From a virus, in IMG/VR virus record IMGVR_UViG_3300013099_000021, positions 6,817-70,816 of that record: a stretch of DNA of 64,000 bases. One strand, given 5' to 3'. Shown piece after piece: positions 48,140 through 56,871 of the stretch. Numbering within the stretch: position 1 is the first letter of the stretch; each line of letters opens with the position of its first letter. A program made the translations under genes and the position numbers. Below the pieces are notes generated by a model. That model was given only the letters and a program-made list of their open reading frames with translations. It did no database searches and was not told where the DNA came from.

Positions 48140-49347
48140 TACGGTGCATTTTGATTGTCCAACAATTCAAGTGCATTTTCTTCTGCTGTTGGTATAGCCT
48201 CCAAGCTCTGTTCAAGTAAATAGAACTTATATGCACTTGTCTCGTTAAGAATAGTTACCCCATTCCATAATCCTGTGGGAATATGATCTCCATTAACATC
48301 AATAAGTTTTCCCTCTCCTCTGGCTACGATACTTCCTCCGGTAACAGTGTTTTCAAGCACTGCCTGTCCACTTGCAAGGTCGATGCTTACAGATTCACTT
48401 CCTGTTTTGTTTCTTAGAGTTATTCCTCCGTTGTACCCCCTTATCGCTAACGACTGACCGCTTCCCCCCATGTCTATTACTGGTGTTCCAACTCCCGGAA
48501 CCCCTGACCAACAATCGAGAAAGTGAGCTGTTTCTGATCCTCCCAATGTGATTACCCCTGCTGTAAGTACGCATGATTCTATATATCCTTTAATGTAGGT
48601 CAAGTTATCAATAAGACAACCGCTCAATCTTGAATTTCCATCAAGCGTTCCTCTTAGGTGAGCATCAAAATATGCACAATCCTCAACGTCGGCAATAGCA
48701 TCAATATCTATAATAGATCTATCCATCCCTTCGCCAATAAAAGTGTAAAATTTTAGAGGTGGTGTAGCAGATGTAATACTTGTGTCTTTTATAACATAAA
48801 TAACTTTAGGTAATCCTTGTGATTCCTGAACGGCTACAACAGAGACGTAGTCTTTTGCTGGGTTTACCGGTGTGCCAACATCGTAATCGCCTCCTACTGT
48901 TCCCAGTATTTCATCTAATGTTATACCTCCGTTATATGATGCGAACTGTATAGCCACAAGCTCCTGAAGTGTTGCTGACGAGCTGTTGGCCAAAACAATC
49001 TGTGTAAAAGCGGTTGGAAAAATAGGGCTGCTGACAGGATCTCCGTTTGAGTCAACCGCCACAAGGTTTCCACCAGACACGTTACACTGTGTATATGCCG
49101 GCCCTGATCGTGCCTCAAATGCCAATAAAGCATTATTCAAGGTCAGGGTAAGCCCAACCACCACACCGCCACCCAAAGGCTCTTTACCGGCTCCCGCTAT
49201 GATGCGGGGTTCATCCACCTGTACCACTTCTTCTGTGCGGAGGGTGTCATACAAATCCTGCATGGTGACCTCAATCGAAGGAGCATCTACTGTGATAATC
49301 CTTGGACTCAAAGACCAGTCAATCGATATATCATTTCTTACGGCCAT
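48139..49347 (-). CDS. virion structural protein
   Basis: TMQDLYDTLR N-term, beta-rich, in tail cluster. Confidence 0.6.
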   Translation of the reverse strand: MAVRNDISIDWSLSPRIITVDAPSIEVTMQDLYDTLRTEEVVQVDEPRIIAGAGKEPLGGGVVVGLTLTLNNALLAFEARSGPAYTQCNVSGGNLVAVDSNGDPVSSPIFPTAFTQIVLANSSSATLQELVAIQFASYNGGITLDEILGTVGGDYDVGTPVNPAKDYVSVVAVQESQGLPKVIYVIKDTSITSATPPLKFYTFIGEGMDRSIIDIDAIADVEDCAYFDAHLRGTLDGNSRLSGCLIDNLTYIKGYIESCVLTAGVITLGGSETAHFLDCWSGVPGVGTPVIDMGGSGQSLAIRGYNGGITLRNKTGSESVSIDLASGQAVLENTVTGGSIVARGEGKLIDVNGDHIPTGLWNGVTILNETSAYKFYLLEQSLEAIPTAEENALELLDNQNAP

Positions 49348-49498
49348 TTTGTTTGATCTTCTTTATGCCATCCTCAAGTCTATCGGTAATAGCTCTAAGC
49401 TCCATTGGATGGAATGTACCGTGTAATTCTATCCAGTGCTGTCCGGGTAGGACGTTCCCTACCCGGTCCTTCTTCTTTACAGGTTTCAGGTTAGCCAT
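49331..49498 (-). CDS. 55-aa hypothetical protein (MANLKPVKKKDRVG...), not in ORF track
   Basis: ATG 49498, TGA 49331-49333; fills the gap between structural genes. Confidence 0.5.
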   Translation of the reverse strand: MANLKPVKKKDRVGNVLPGQHWIELHGTFHPMELRAITDRLEDGIKKIKQNGRKK

Positions 49499-49500
49499 TA

Positions 49501-51195
49501 TCAAGTGGCCTGTGGATCGTCTGCAAGAATCGGTGTGAACGGTAATCCGTTGGCCGCAAACTGCGCATCCTGGGTATATGGCTTATAACCATATTTCCGA
49601 GTAACAGTTCTGCACCAGAACGGAGTTCCGCTGTAAATGATATTATCAGAAGATTCTGAAGCAGCATCGGCCAACACATCTAGGAGAGGAACATAAACAT
49701 CAGCATCATCCGCTTCTCCTGTTGGATCGGTAGTAACGGTGAAGATGCTTCCGGTAAAAGAAGTATAGACATATTGCGTATCGCCAACCCTTACAATCCC
49801 TGTCTGTGGAGTCTTGTTGATGTCAATAGCCTCATTGACTTCAAGGTGAGTAGCATCGGAAGCTGGTTGATTATGAGTGTATTGATCTTTGATAATCGTT
49901 CCCCCATCACCCGTAATCTCTGCAACAAACACATTCGTTGTAGAAAGATTGGTGTGAGAGGCAATGACCTTCTGGTAATCAGGTGGTGCCTGCTGATCAC
50001 CGTCAGCATCGATCAGAACGAAGTCGGCAGTAGTATAATCAGATAACCAGATACCTCTTGCTCCGTAAAAAGTGGTTCCGGCAAGTGTACCGAATGGTGC
50101 AACCTTTACATCGGCATAGGTTCCTTCAAGTGCTGACCGATATTCTTGTCCTTCATCTGAATTAACAGTTGAAGCAGAAGCGTATCGCACGATCCACTTC
50201 AGCCACTCATAGTGCTGCTTCATTGTAGCACCGTTACCATCCACATCTGCCTTGTAAGGCTGTAGGCCGTCACCATTGTTCAAGTCTCTGGAAATATCAG
50301 CGAATACGGGTAATACTAGAGTATATCCGGCAACCACATCTGTAAAAGCGGTGGCTCCATCATTGGTGGTTGATTGCCCGGTTGCTGTCTGTGCCTCCCG
50401 GTCACTATATTCAGTCAAGGTTTCAGATATTACAAATGGTCCTCCCCTAACAGCGTTCAGGTAAATATCATTAGTAACAATCTTCTCAATCTTACCAACA
50501 GCCCCGGATGTTCCTCCGACAACAAATGTTCCAGCAACAAAACCTGCAGCACTGGTGACGCTCAGGTAAAGTTCGCCAGAATCATTGTTACCGTCCTTTG
50601 AGGTGTTTATACCAACAGGGGTCCTACCATTTGAAATATCGGCAAAGTTGTGGTCGTAGAAATCACCAAACTCTCTGGCAAATAACCAAATCCCCCCTTC
50701 AATAGCTGCTCCTGCAGCATTGTTTGATTCAATCCAGACACCAGTATCTTTTACCAGAACCAATATATCTACGTTGCCTGTTATCCACCAAGGAGTCACT
50801 TCAGCATCATCTTGAATAAGATAGATCTGTGTTCCCTCAGTTTGATCTCCAATGGAATAAGCATTGGACCAGAAAGAGTCTGCTGTGGCAGTTCCAGAGC
50901 CGGCAGGATCCTCAATATCTCCCCCTTCCAGGTACTTGAAGTCATCTGCATGGCCGAAGGTCCAACCATTCAGCCACTTAAACACTGTCGGGGTTTGAGA
51001 TTCAATACCATACGCATCATCCATCTGGGCTGTTGCGGCAAACTCCCCCGCCAGCCATTGGAAAAATTCAAGTATAGGCCCTACGTAGGTGTTATCACCA
51101 AAGGCAGCGGGTAGATTAGTCCCTGTGCCCGAATCATCATTTGTGACTGTTTTAGCGTCATAGTCTATCGCCCAATCCGCTGAGTTAAATGCCAT
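49501..51195 (-). CDS. virion structural protein
   Basis: 564-aa acidic beta-rich ORF in tail cluster; C-term RKYGYKP shared with neighbour. Confidence 0.6.
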   Translation of the reverse strand: MAFNSADWAIDYDAKTVTNDDSGTGTNLPAAFGDNTYVGPILEFFQWLAGEFAATAQMDDAYGIESQTPTVFKWLNGWTFGHADDFKYLEGGDIEDPAGSGTATADSFWSNAYSIGDQTEGTQIYLIQDDAEVTPWWITGNVDILVLVKDTGVWIESNNAAGAAIEGGIWLFAREFGDFYDHNFADISNGRTPVGINTSKDGNNDSGELYLSVTSAAGFVAGTFVVGGTSGAVGKIEKIVTNDIYLNAVRGGPFVISETLTEYSDREAQTATGQSTTNDGATAFTDVVAGYTLVLPVFADISRDLNNGDGLQPYKADVDGNGATMKQHYEWLKWIVRYASASTVNSDEGQEYRSALEGTYADVKVAPFGTLAGTTFYGARGIWLSDYTTADFVLIDADGDQQAPPDYQKVIASHTNLSTTNVFVAEITGDGGTIIKDQYTHNQPASDATHLEVNEAIDINKTPQTGIVRVGDTQYVYTSFTGSIFTVTTDPTGEADDADVYVPLLDVLADAASESSDNIIYSGTPFWCRTVTRKYGYKPYTQDAQFAANGLPFTPILADDPQAT

Positions 51196-51220
51196 AATTT
51201 CTATTTTTAAGGTTCATTTT

Positions 51221-52729
51221 TTATGTTTGTTGTGGATCAACTATCAATGTTACTGGTATATCCTTTGTGCCTGTGGCTGGTACATCAGCAATAGCCACCC
51301 AGGGTTTGTATCCATATTTTCTTACTCTCCATGTCGCTCCTGCTACCGCACCATCTGTATGGGATACCTGAGCTATCCCTGTGGTTACATTTGTTGTGGT
51401 GTTCATTATATATGGAACGGCATTATCATCATCAATATATGCAAAAGCACTCCCAACAGGATCGCCAGCTTCATCCCTCACGGTAAGTATCAGGGTAGAT
51501 GAACTGGAAAACGTAACAGTATCTCCACCCGGATTGTATGAGTTTCCATTTGATGTTCCGGAAAGAGCAATCGTAACAGCACCACCAGAAGTATTATTCA
51601 CATCATAATCACTGGCATTGTCATCATGCACAATATTGCTAAAAGCGGGAGTGGCATCACTACTAGCATCAATCTCAATATCTTCATCACAAATAGCAAA
51701 TGTAAGATCTGAAATATTTGTATCACTGGATGGCCAAAGTACAGCACCACCTTCTGTTCCCGCATAGTTATTTATATTATTATATTTAAATGTTCCGGTA
51801 CTTGGGTCAATCTGAAAGCAATCATTAAATACTGCTGATTGTATATCACTAGTTGAAGCAAAATTGATAAGTCCTGCTCTTGTACAATTCATTCCATTAA
51901 TAGTAACATCTGCAGTAGCATCACTGGCATCAAATAAAAATCTATATGTATCAGCCGTACCAGAAGCTCTTAATGTCAAAGCATTTATAACAGTTGTATT
52001 CCCTGATCCCTGTAGCTTAAACTGGTAAGATCCAGCTTTAATATAAGGTTCCTCTTTAAATACAAGAACTTCATTAGTTGAATTAAATGTAGTGGTAGTG
52101 GCTCCATTACCAATAAGTATCTGCCCTTGAGAAAAGATTATATCTTGTATATTCTCTAATACCCCATATTGGTTTGCTTCTAATTGATCGATTGCAGCAA
52201 TATCAGTTATATCAAAATCTGTTCCGGTAACAGTTAATCCTGTACCATATCGCATAACATCAATCCAGTTATTAATAACTGAACGAATATTCCCAGAAGA
52301 ACTATTATCAACAATAATATCTATATCATTTACATTACTACTAACAAAAGTTCCAATCTCTGTACCACCAGCAAGATCAAGCACAAAACACTTCCATGCT
52401 CCATTCCATATCTTTGTTGTCTGATTAGCTATTTCATATTCCCGATAATTTCCTGCAGTTGATATAATCTGAACCTTGACAGTAGTATAATAGTTTGTAA
52501 GGTCAGATTTAAACCATAGATATAAATGAGTATTTGTTGCACTCATGTCATGTGAGCTTCCATCATTCCATGCAGCGGTTTCAGAAGAATTTTTACTTAC
52601 CTGCCATGATTCAGAATTGGTTCCTTGAATATGTGTATTATAAGCATCAGCACCATCGGTCCCACCCCAGTTGCCACTGTTATCATTATTATCTAGCAAA
52701 GTTAAATTTGCTGTTACTGCTGCTGCCAT
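51221..52729 (-). CDS. virion structural protein, AT-rich gene
   Basis: Asn/Thr-rich beta protein; C-term RVRKYGYKP...DPQ. Confidence 0.6.
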   Translation of the reverse strand: MAAAVTANLTLLDNNDNSGNWGGTDGADAYNTHIQGTNSESWQVSKNSSETAAWNDGSSHDMSATNTHLYLWFKSDLTNYYTTVKVQIISTAGNYREYEIANQTTKIWNGAWKCFVLDLAGGTEIGTFVSSNVNDIDIIVDNSSSGNIRSVINNWIDVMRYGTGLTVTGTDFDITDIAAIDQLEANQYGVLENIQDIIFSQGQILIGNGATTTTFNSTNEVLVFKEEPYIKAGSYQFKLQGSGNTTVINALTLRASGTADTYRFLFDASDATADVTINGMNCTRAGLINFASTSDIQSAVFNDCFQIDPSTGTFKYNNINNYAGTEGGAVLWPSSDTNISDLTFAICDEDIEIDASSDATPAFSNIVHDDNASDYDVNNTSGGAVTIALSGTSNGNSYNPGGDTVTFSSSSTLILTVRDEAGDPVGSAFAYIDDDNAVPYIMNTTTNVTTGIAQVSHTDGAVAGATWRVRKYGYKPWVAIADVPATGTKDIPVTLIVDPQQT

Positions 52730-53164
52730 TTAATCAAGGTTTACTGTCAATGTGTTAGGTCCAAATTGGGGTTGTACTTCAATCGAAATGAGTGCGGGTG
52801 CGGGTAGCTCACCATGGTAGATCATATCATCACCAGATAGTGTCTTGCATATCCCAAAATGGGTGTCCGTTTCTGATCCACCGGTACATTCGGGGAAATT
52901 CACATCTGCAAAGTTCCTCGCCTGTCCGTTGGCCTCTGTCCATCCGGTTCCTCCCCTGGGTACTGCTACCCGGGTATATCCACCCCAAGCAGCTTCATTG
53001 GTAATATCACCAGCCTCTCCGGGATCCTGGCTTAATAGACAGATATAGACATCCCCGGGGACTACTGATGGGAGTAGGCCGCCTGCATCGCCCAGGTTGG
53101 TAATGGCCTCATTCAGTAGGATATGTCTGAGGACTTCTGATTCAAAACTGTTTGTTGCTCCCAT
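52730..53164 (-). CDS. small virion structural protein
   Basis: paralog of 47597-48139 (DPGEAG..EAAWGGYTRV..THFGI). Confidence 0.65.
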   Translation of the reverse strand: MGATNSFESEVLRHILLNEAITNLGDAGGLLPSVVPGDVYICLLSQDPGEAGDITNEAAWGGYTRVAVPRGGTGWTEANGQARNFADVNFPECTGGSETDTHFGICKTLSGDDMIYHGELPAPALISIEVQPQFGPNTLTVNLD

Positions 53165-53186
53165 GTCTGTTTACTTTATGTAAGTA

Positions 53187-53215
53187 TGCCGTACCCCTAC
53201 TTGAAGGATACGGCA
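53187..53215 (-). terminator. intergenic hairpin
   Basis: TGCCGTA-CC...GG-A-TACGGCA inverted repeat; T tract weak. Confidence 0.4.
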
Positions 53216-53239
53216 CAAAGAACATTCTATTTATCGACT

Positions 53240-54163
53240 CTACTCCGGAGTTGCATCCAGAACAGGTTCCTCTGCTCCTTCTGCCGGGACAAATGATTGT
53301 CCTTTCAGGGCTGCAGCAATTTCCTGTGCAAACTTCCTGTTCCCAAGATAGTATGCGTAAAGAGCTTCGTAAGGGTCTTTCGATGCTCCAATCTCAGCAA
53401 AGGGTAGATTCTTCTTTCCATGCTCAGTCACCCAGGCCCAGGTTTTCTTTGGGACTGTGTAGATAATGATCTTCTCATCGACAGCTTGTTGTAAACTTGC
53501 CCTAACATCTAAGGCTTGTTTGGCATCAACGAGTTTGAGGAATTTAGAAATGCCCTCTCTTTTATCCGTGTTGATCACGCTCTCTACAGCCAGCTTAACC
53601 TGGGGCAATGACAGCTCATCAACATCGGTAATGAAATAAGCCTTTGCGATTTTCCTCAACCGGTCCTCTCCCAAGCCCAGCTTGGTTGAATAGATAAGGG
53701 CCTTCACATCGGCCAGGGCCTCTTCCTTTTTTGCTTTTTTGAAAGCATCACCAACCAGATCCTCAAAGATGCACTTAGATACCTTTCCATTGAAGTTATC
53801 TCCTCCCTCCAAGAAGGGGCAGCAATATTGCAGCCAGTAGACAAGTTCAATATCTGTATCGAGCAATAACCTTGTTCCTCTAAGTATCAGGTTGTATGGT
53901 GACCAAATAGTACGTCCATCTGTACCTGTAATCTTATTCTCAGCATAACGCCAACTCTCAGTACCGGTTTTCGTCTTGACCGTTGCGGACATTGGAAAGG
54001 ATATTGAGTTTGGTTTGTCCGGGCGAGTATTATGCTTGCTCCGGCTTTTCTTTATCCGATTTTGCGGATATACTAACCGAATGGGGAACTTGGGAAACTT
54101 CTTCTTCAGCTTCGCTAGGTCCGCCATTGTTAACTTGTAGATCTCGTCATTCCTATATAACAT
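53240..54163 (-). CDS. conserved capsid-module protein (crAss-like, follows MCP)
   Basis: position after MCP; LRKIAKAYFI..VDELS motif. Confidence 0.55.
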   Translation of the reverse strand: MLYRNDEIYKLTMADLAKLKKKFPKFPIRLVYPQNRIKKSRSKHNTRPDKPNSISFPMSATVKTKTGTESWRYAENKITGTDGRTIWSPYNLILRGTRLLLDTDIELVYWLQYCCPFLEGGDNFNGKVSKCIFEDLVGDAFKKAKKEEALADVKALIYSTKLGLGEDRLRKIAKAYFITDVDELSLPQVKLAVESVINTDKREGISKFLKLVDAKQALDVRASLQQAVDEKIIIYTVPKKTWAWVTEHGKKNLPFAEIGASKDPYEALYAYYLGNRKFAQEIAAALKGQSFVPAEGAEEPVLDATPE

Positions 54164-54189
54164 AGCTTTGAAAATTTAATGTAAAGTGA

Positions 54190-54217
54190 AAAAGGAAGGG
54201 GTATTGCACCCCCTCCT
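54190..54217 (-). terminator. terminator after major capsid gene
   Basis: AGGAGGGGGT-GCAAT-ACCCCTTCCT-TTTT. Confidence 0.75.
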
Positions 54218-54231
54218 CTAAATTGCATTTA

Positions 54232-55614
54232 TCATGCAGGCTCCATCAAGACAAACTGGTTTCCACCACGGAAATGCGCACCGACATGGCATCTCTGATA
54301 TGTGTCACGCTTGTCAAACTCAGTAACCTTCAGTCCTTCTCCGGCACCACCAACTTGCCAGGCTTCCATTCTACGATTATATCGACCAAGGCCACGGTAC
54401 CTGGTACCAATGGACTCAACCATATTTCCGGAAACTGGATCCTTCTTCTTGTTGATAGGCATGAACAGACCAAGTTTGGGTCCAATATTCTCATACCCTG
54501 CTGCACCGTACAACTTGGGGTTGTTGAGAACACCCATCCGCTTGAACAAGAATGTTCTTTCGGATTTGGTCAGATACTTGAAGTTCACGGAAGCGGCCAG
54601 TGACTCGTTTGAGTTAAACAGAACCTCATTCGCTGTTTTATGAGCGAAGATAATGTTGGTGTCTGTAAAATAGGTTTTTAAGCTATTCTCAATGTCCTGG
54701 TGCAACTTGATCCCAAGTAATCCAAGGATATAGTTACCTGCTCCTTCACGGTCAAGGGTATTGTCCATCTCGTCAAATTCCAGAACATCAAATGCTCCGG
54801 CAGTGTACGATTGCTCATTTCCTACCCTACGGGTATAAGGAATCATTCCCTCAGTGGTCTTAATCGGGCGACCAGTATCAGGATCGATAAGCAATGCGTT
54901 GACGGTTCTCTTACCATACAGTAGCGCACCATCGATGCGCAGGGCAGTACGATAATCAATATCTACTTGACCAAGGTGATAGTACGCAGGGATCTTCACA
55001 CCCTGAGTAGTCACATTGAACCAGGTTTGATTTACCATTTCAGAACCAGTGTACCCGATTGTCTCTTTGATGATCTGAGCATCGTTCTCATACTCCCAGG
55101 TTCCCCTGATAGCAGATTCCGGCTGTCCCGATCCCTCTGAGAAGGCGTTGGTGATGATGATCAACTCCTGCAATGCTGTGAGTGCGGGGAATTGCTCTGT
55201 ATCATCATTAAGCCTTACGGTTACTGATGGTGCTGCTGGCGAACTCACATCGATGTCGATAACCGATCCGGTCACTTCATTGGGGAATAGGATAATATCC
55301 CATTTCCTCAGATAGAAGTTGTTGTTGGCATCCAAAGAGTTGGCATCGATTACAAACACAATGTTCGCTCCGATTGCCGGCTGCGCCACGATTGCGTCAA
55401 CGATGATAACTTCATGGATTCGATTCTCTTCATAATGTGAGTACGTATCGAGTGATACTTCCTTCTCAAATCCCATGGACCTGAGCAGTTGGAAGTAGGA
55501 GGCACCCTGATCACCATAACGGCTGAACAGGACGTTCATTTTCTCCGGCTTGTGAATATCGAAACCGGAAACGATGTCTGAGGCGTATATTTGCGCAATA
55601 GCATCTGGATTCAT
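54232..55614 (-). CDS. major capsid protein
   Basis: 460 aa after portal/scaffold; SHYEENR, TNAFSEGSGQP, IKTTEGMIP typical of Bacteroidota phage HK97-fold MCPs; followed by terminator. Confidence 0.8.
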   Translation of the reverse strand: MNPDAIAQIYASDIVSGFDIHKPEKMNVLFSRYGDQGASYFQLLRSMGFEKEVSLDTYSHYEENRIHEVIIVDAIVAQPAIGANIVFVIDANSLDANNNFYLRKWDIILFPNEVTGSVIDIDVSSPAAPSVTVRLNDDTEQFPALTALQELIIITNAFSEGSGQPESAIRGTWEYENDAQIIKETIGYTGSEMVNQTWFNVTTQGVKIPAYYHLGQVDIDYRTALRIDGALLYGKRTVNALLIDPDTGRPIKTTEGMIPYTRRVGNEQSYTAGAFDVLEFDEMDNTLDREGAGNYILGLLGIKLHQDIENSLKTYFTDTNIIFAHKTANEVLFNSNESLAASVNFKYLTKSERTFLFKRMGVLNNPKLYGAAGYENIGPKLGLFMPINKKKDPVSGNMVESIGTRYRGLGRYNRRMEAWQVGGAGEGLKVTEFDKRDTYQRCHVGAHFRGGNQFVLMEPA

Positions 55615-55663
55615 AATATTTCAATTTTTAGTTAAACATAATACACACCTCTTACTTACTCAA

Positions 55664-56869
55664 TTACTGGTTATAAGCATCCATCTCTGCATTAAAAATA
55701 TCATCCTGTATCTTCTCATCATCGGAAAGAACCGGTGCTGGTGTTACAGGTGGAGTATCATTATTGCGGTCAGGTGATGGATTTGCATAGACAGCATGGA
55801 CCTCTTCCTCCGTCATTCCCCTCGCTTTCTCAAATACGGAATGTACGATGTCTGGCAGCTTATTAATCATCAACTGGTTATAAACCATAGTAGAGATTGT
55901 TTTCACGTTTGTTTCGTTAAGTTCCATACGGTTCTGAACGGCATAACCTTTGACAAACTCAGTGATCTCCTTTTGTTCGGATTCTGAAACTTCATAGTCC
56001 AGGAGAGCCTCTTTACTGTCCTTGATGGGTATTTTCAGCTTTGCCAGTGCGGTACTGACGTTTTGGCCCACACTATTCCAACCTGACTCTAAGGTTGCTT
56101 TCGCCTCCGGGGTTAACTCCTTTGGCTGTTGAGGATCATCGTCTGGTGTCGGGACAATTAACTTGTCCTTCAATTCTTGTAATGCCCTCTTTGCGGTGGC
56201 TCCATCTGCCTCCATTCCAATTTTATTGACTTCAAGATCAGACTCGTCAACCTGGTCTGGATCCACGTTGTACTTCTTCTCGAAATACTTGCGTATCTGT
56301 GGCTCCTTACCAGAAAGTTCGGGGTGATCGAGTACGTATTTGGTTGTTAACGCTTCCATGGAATCCATGGTCGCAACCTCCGCACTGTTGATCTTACTAA
56401 AAACCCCATAATCGCCTGTGCCAGTTTCTTTCACGAACTCGTTAAATAAAGCCATCTCGTCATTTGCGAAATTTGTTTTGGGCTTCGACTCAAGTTTGCT
56501 TTCAAGATCAGTCTTTGTCTGTCTCAGACTCACGACCTCATCCATTAAACCGACTATATTGGCACTCTTGGCCTCATCTACCGTCTTAAAACGATCTCCG
56601 AAAATCTCTTTCAGCATATCGCCTTGCGGTGGACTGGCCGGATCTACTACTGGTGGTGTTGGTGTTGGCGGATCTCCTATTGGAGGATCTGCTACCGGTG
56701 GATCCGGTGTTGGTGTTGGAGGATCTGCCACTGGCGGATCTGCCACTGGCGGATCTGCTGGTTCGCCTCCTGCTTGCTCTACCAAATTCGCTGCATCGAT
56801 TCCTTCAATATCCTGAAGGGCTGCGAACTCAGGGTTGTTCTGGATTTCACTAAATGATTGTTTTGTCAT
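55664..56869 (-). CDS. putative scaffolding protein
   Basis: acidic, Pro-rich N-terminus, between portal and MCP. Confidence 0.65.
   Translation of the reverse strand: MTKQSFSEIQNNPEFAALQDIEGIDAANLVEQAGGEPADPPVADPPVADPPTPTPDPPVADPPIGDPPTPTPPVVDPASPPQGDMLKEIFGDRFKTVDEAKSANIVGLMDEVVSLRQTKTDLESKLESKPKTNFANDEMALFNEFVKETGTGDYGVFSKINSAEVATMDSMEALTTKYVLDHPELSGKEPQIRKYFEKKYNVDPDQVDESDLEVNKIGMEADGATAKRALQELKDKLIVPTPDDDPQQPKELTPEAKATLESGWNSVGQNVSTALAKLKIPIKDSKEALLDYEVSESEQKEITEFVKGYAVQNRMELNETNVKTISTMVYNQLMINKLPDIVHSVFEKARGMTEEEVHAVYANPSPDRNNDTPPVTPAPVLSDDEKIQDDIFNAEMDAYNQ
56640..56765. repeat. coding tandem repeats (DPPVA/DPPTPT)
   Basis: GGATCTGCCACTGGC-type 15-bp units in scaffold gene. Confidence 0.8.
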
Positions 56870-56871
56870 AA

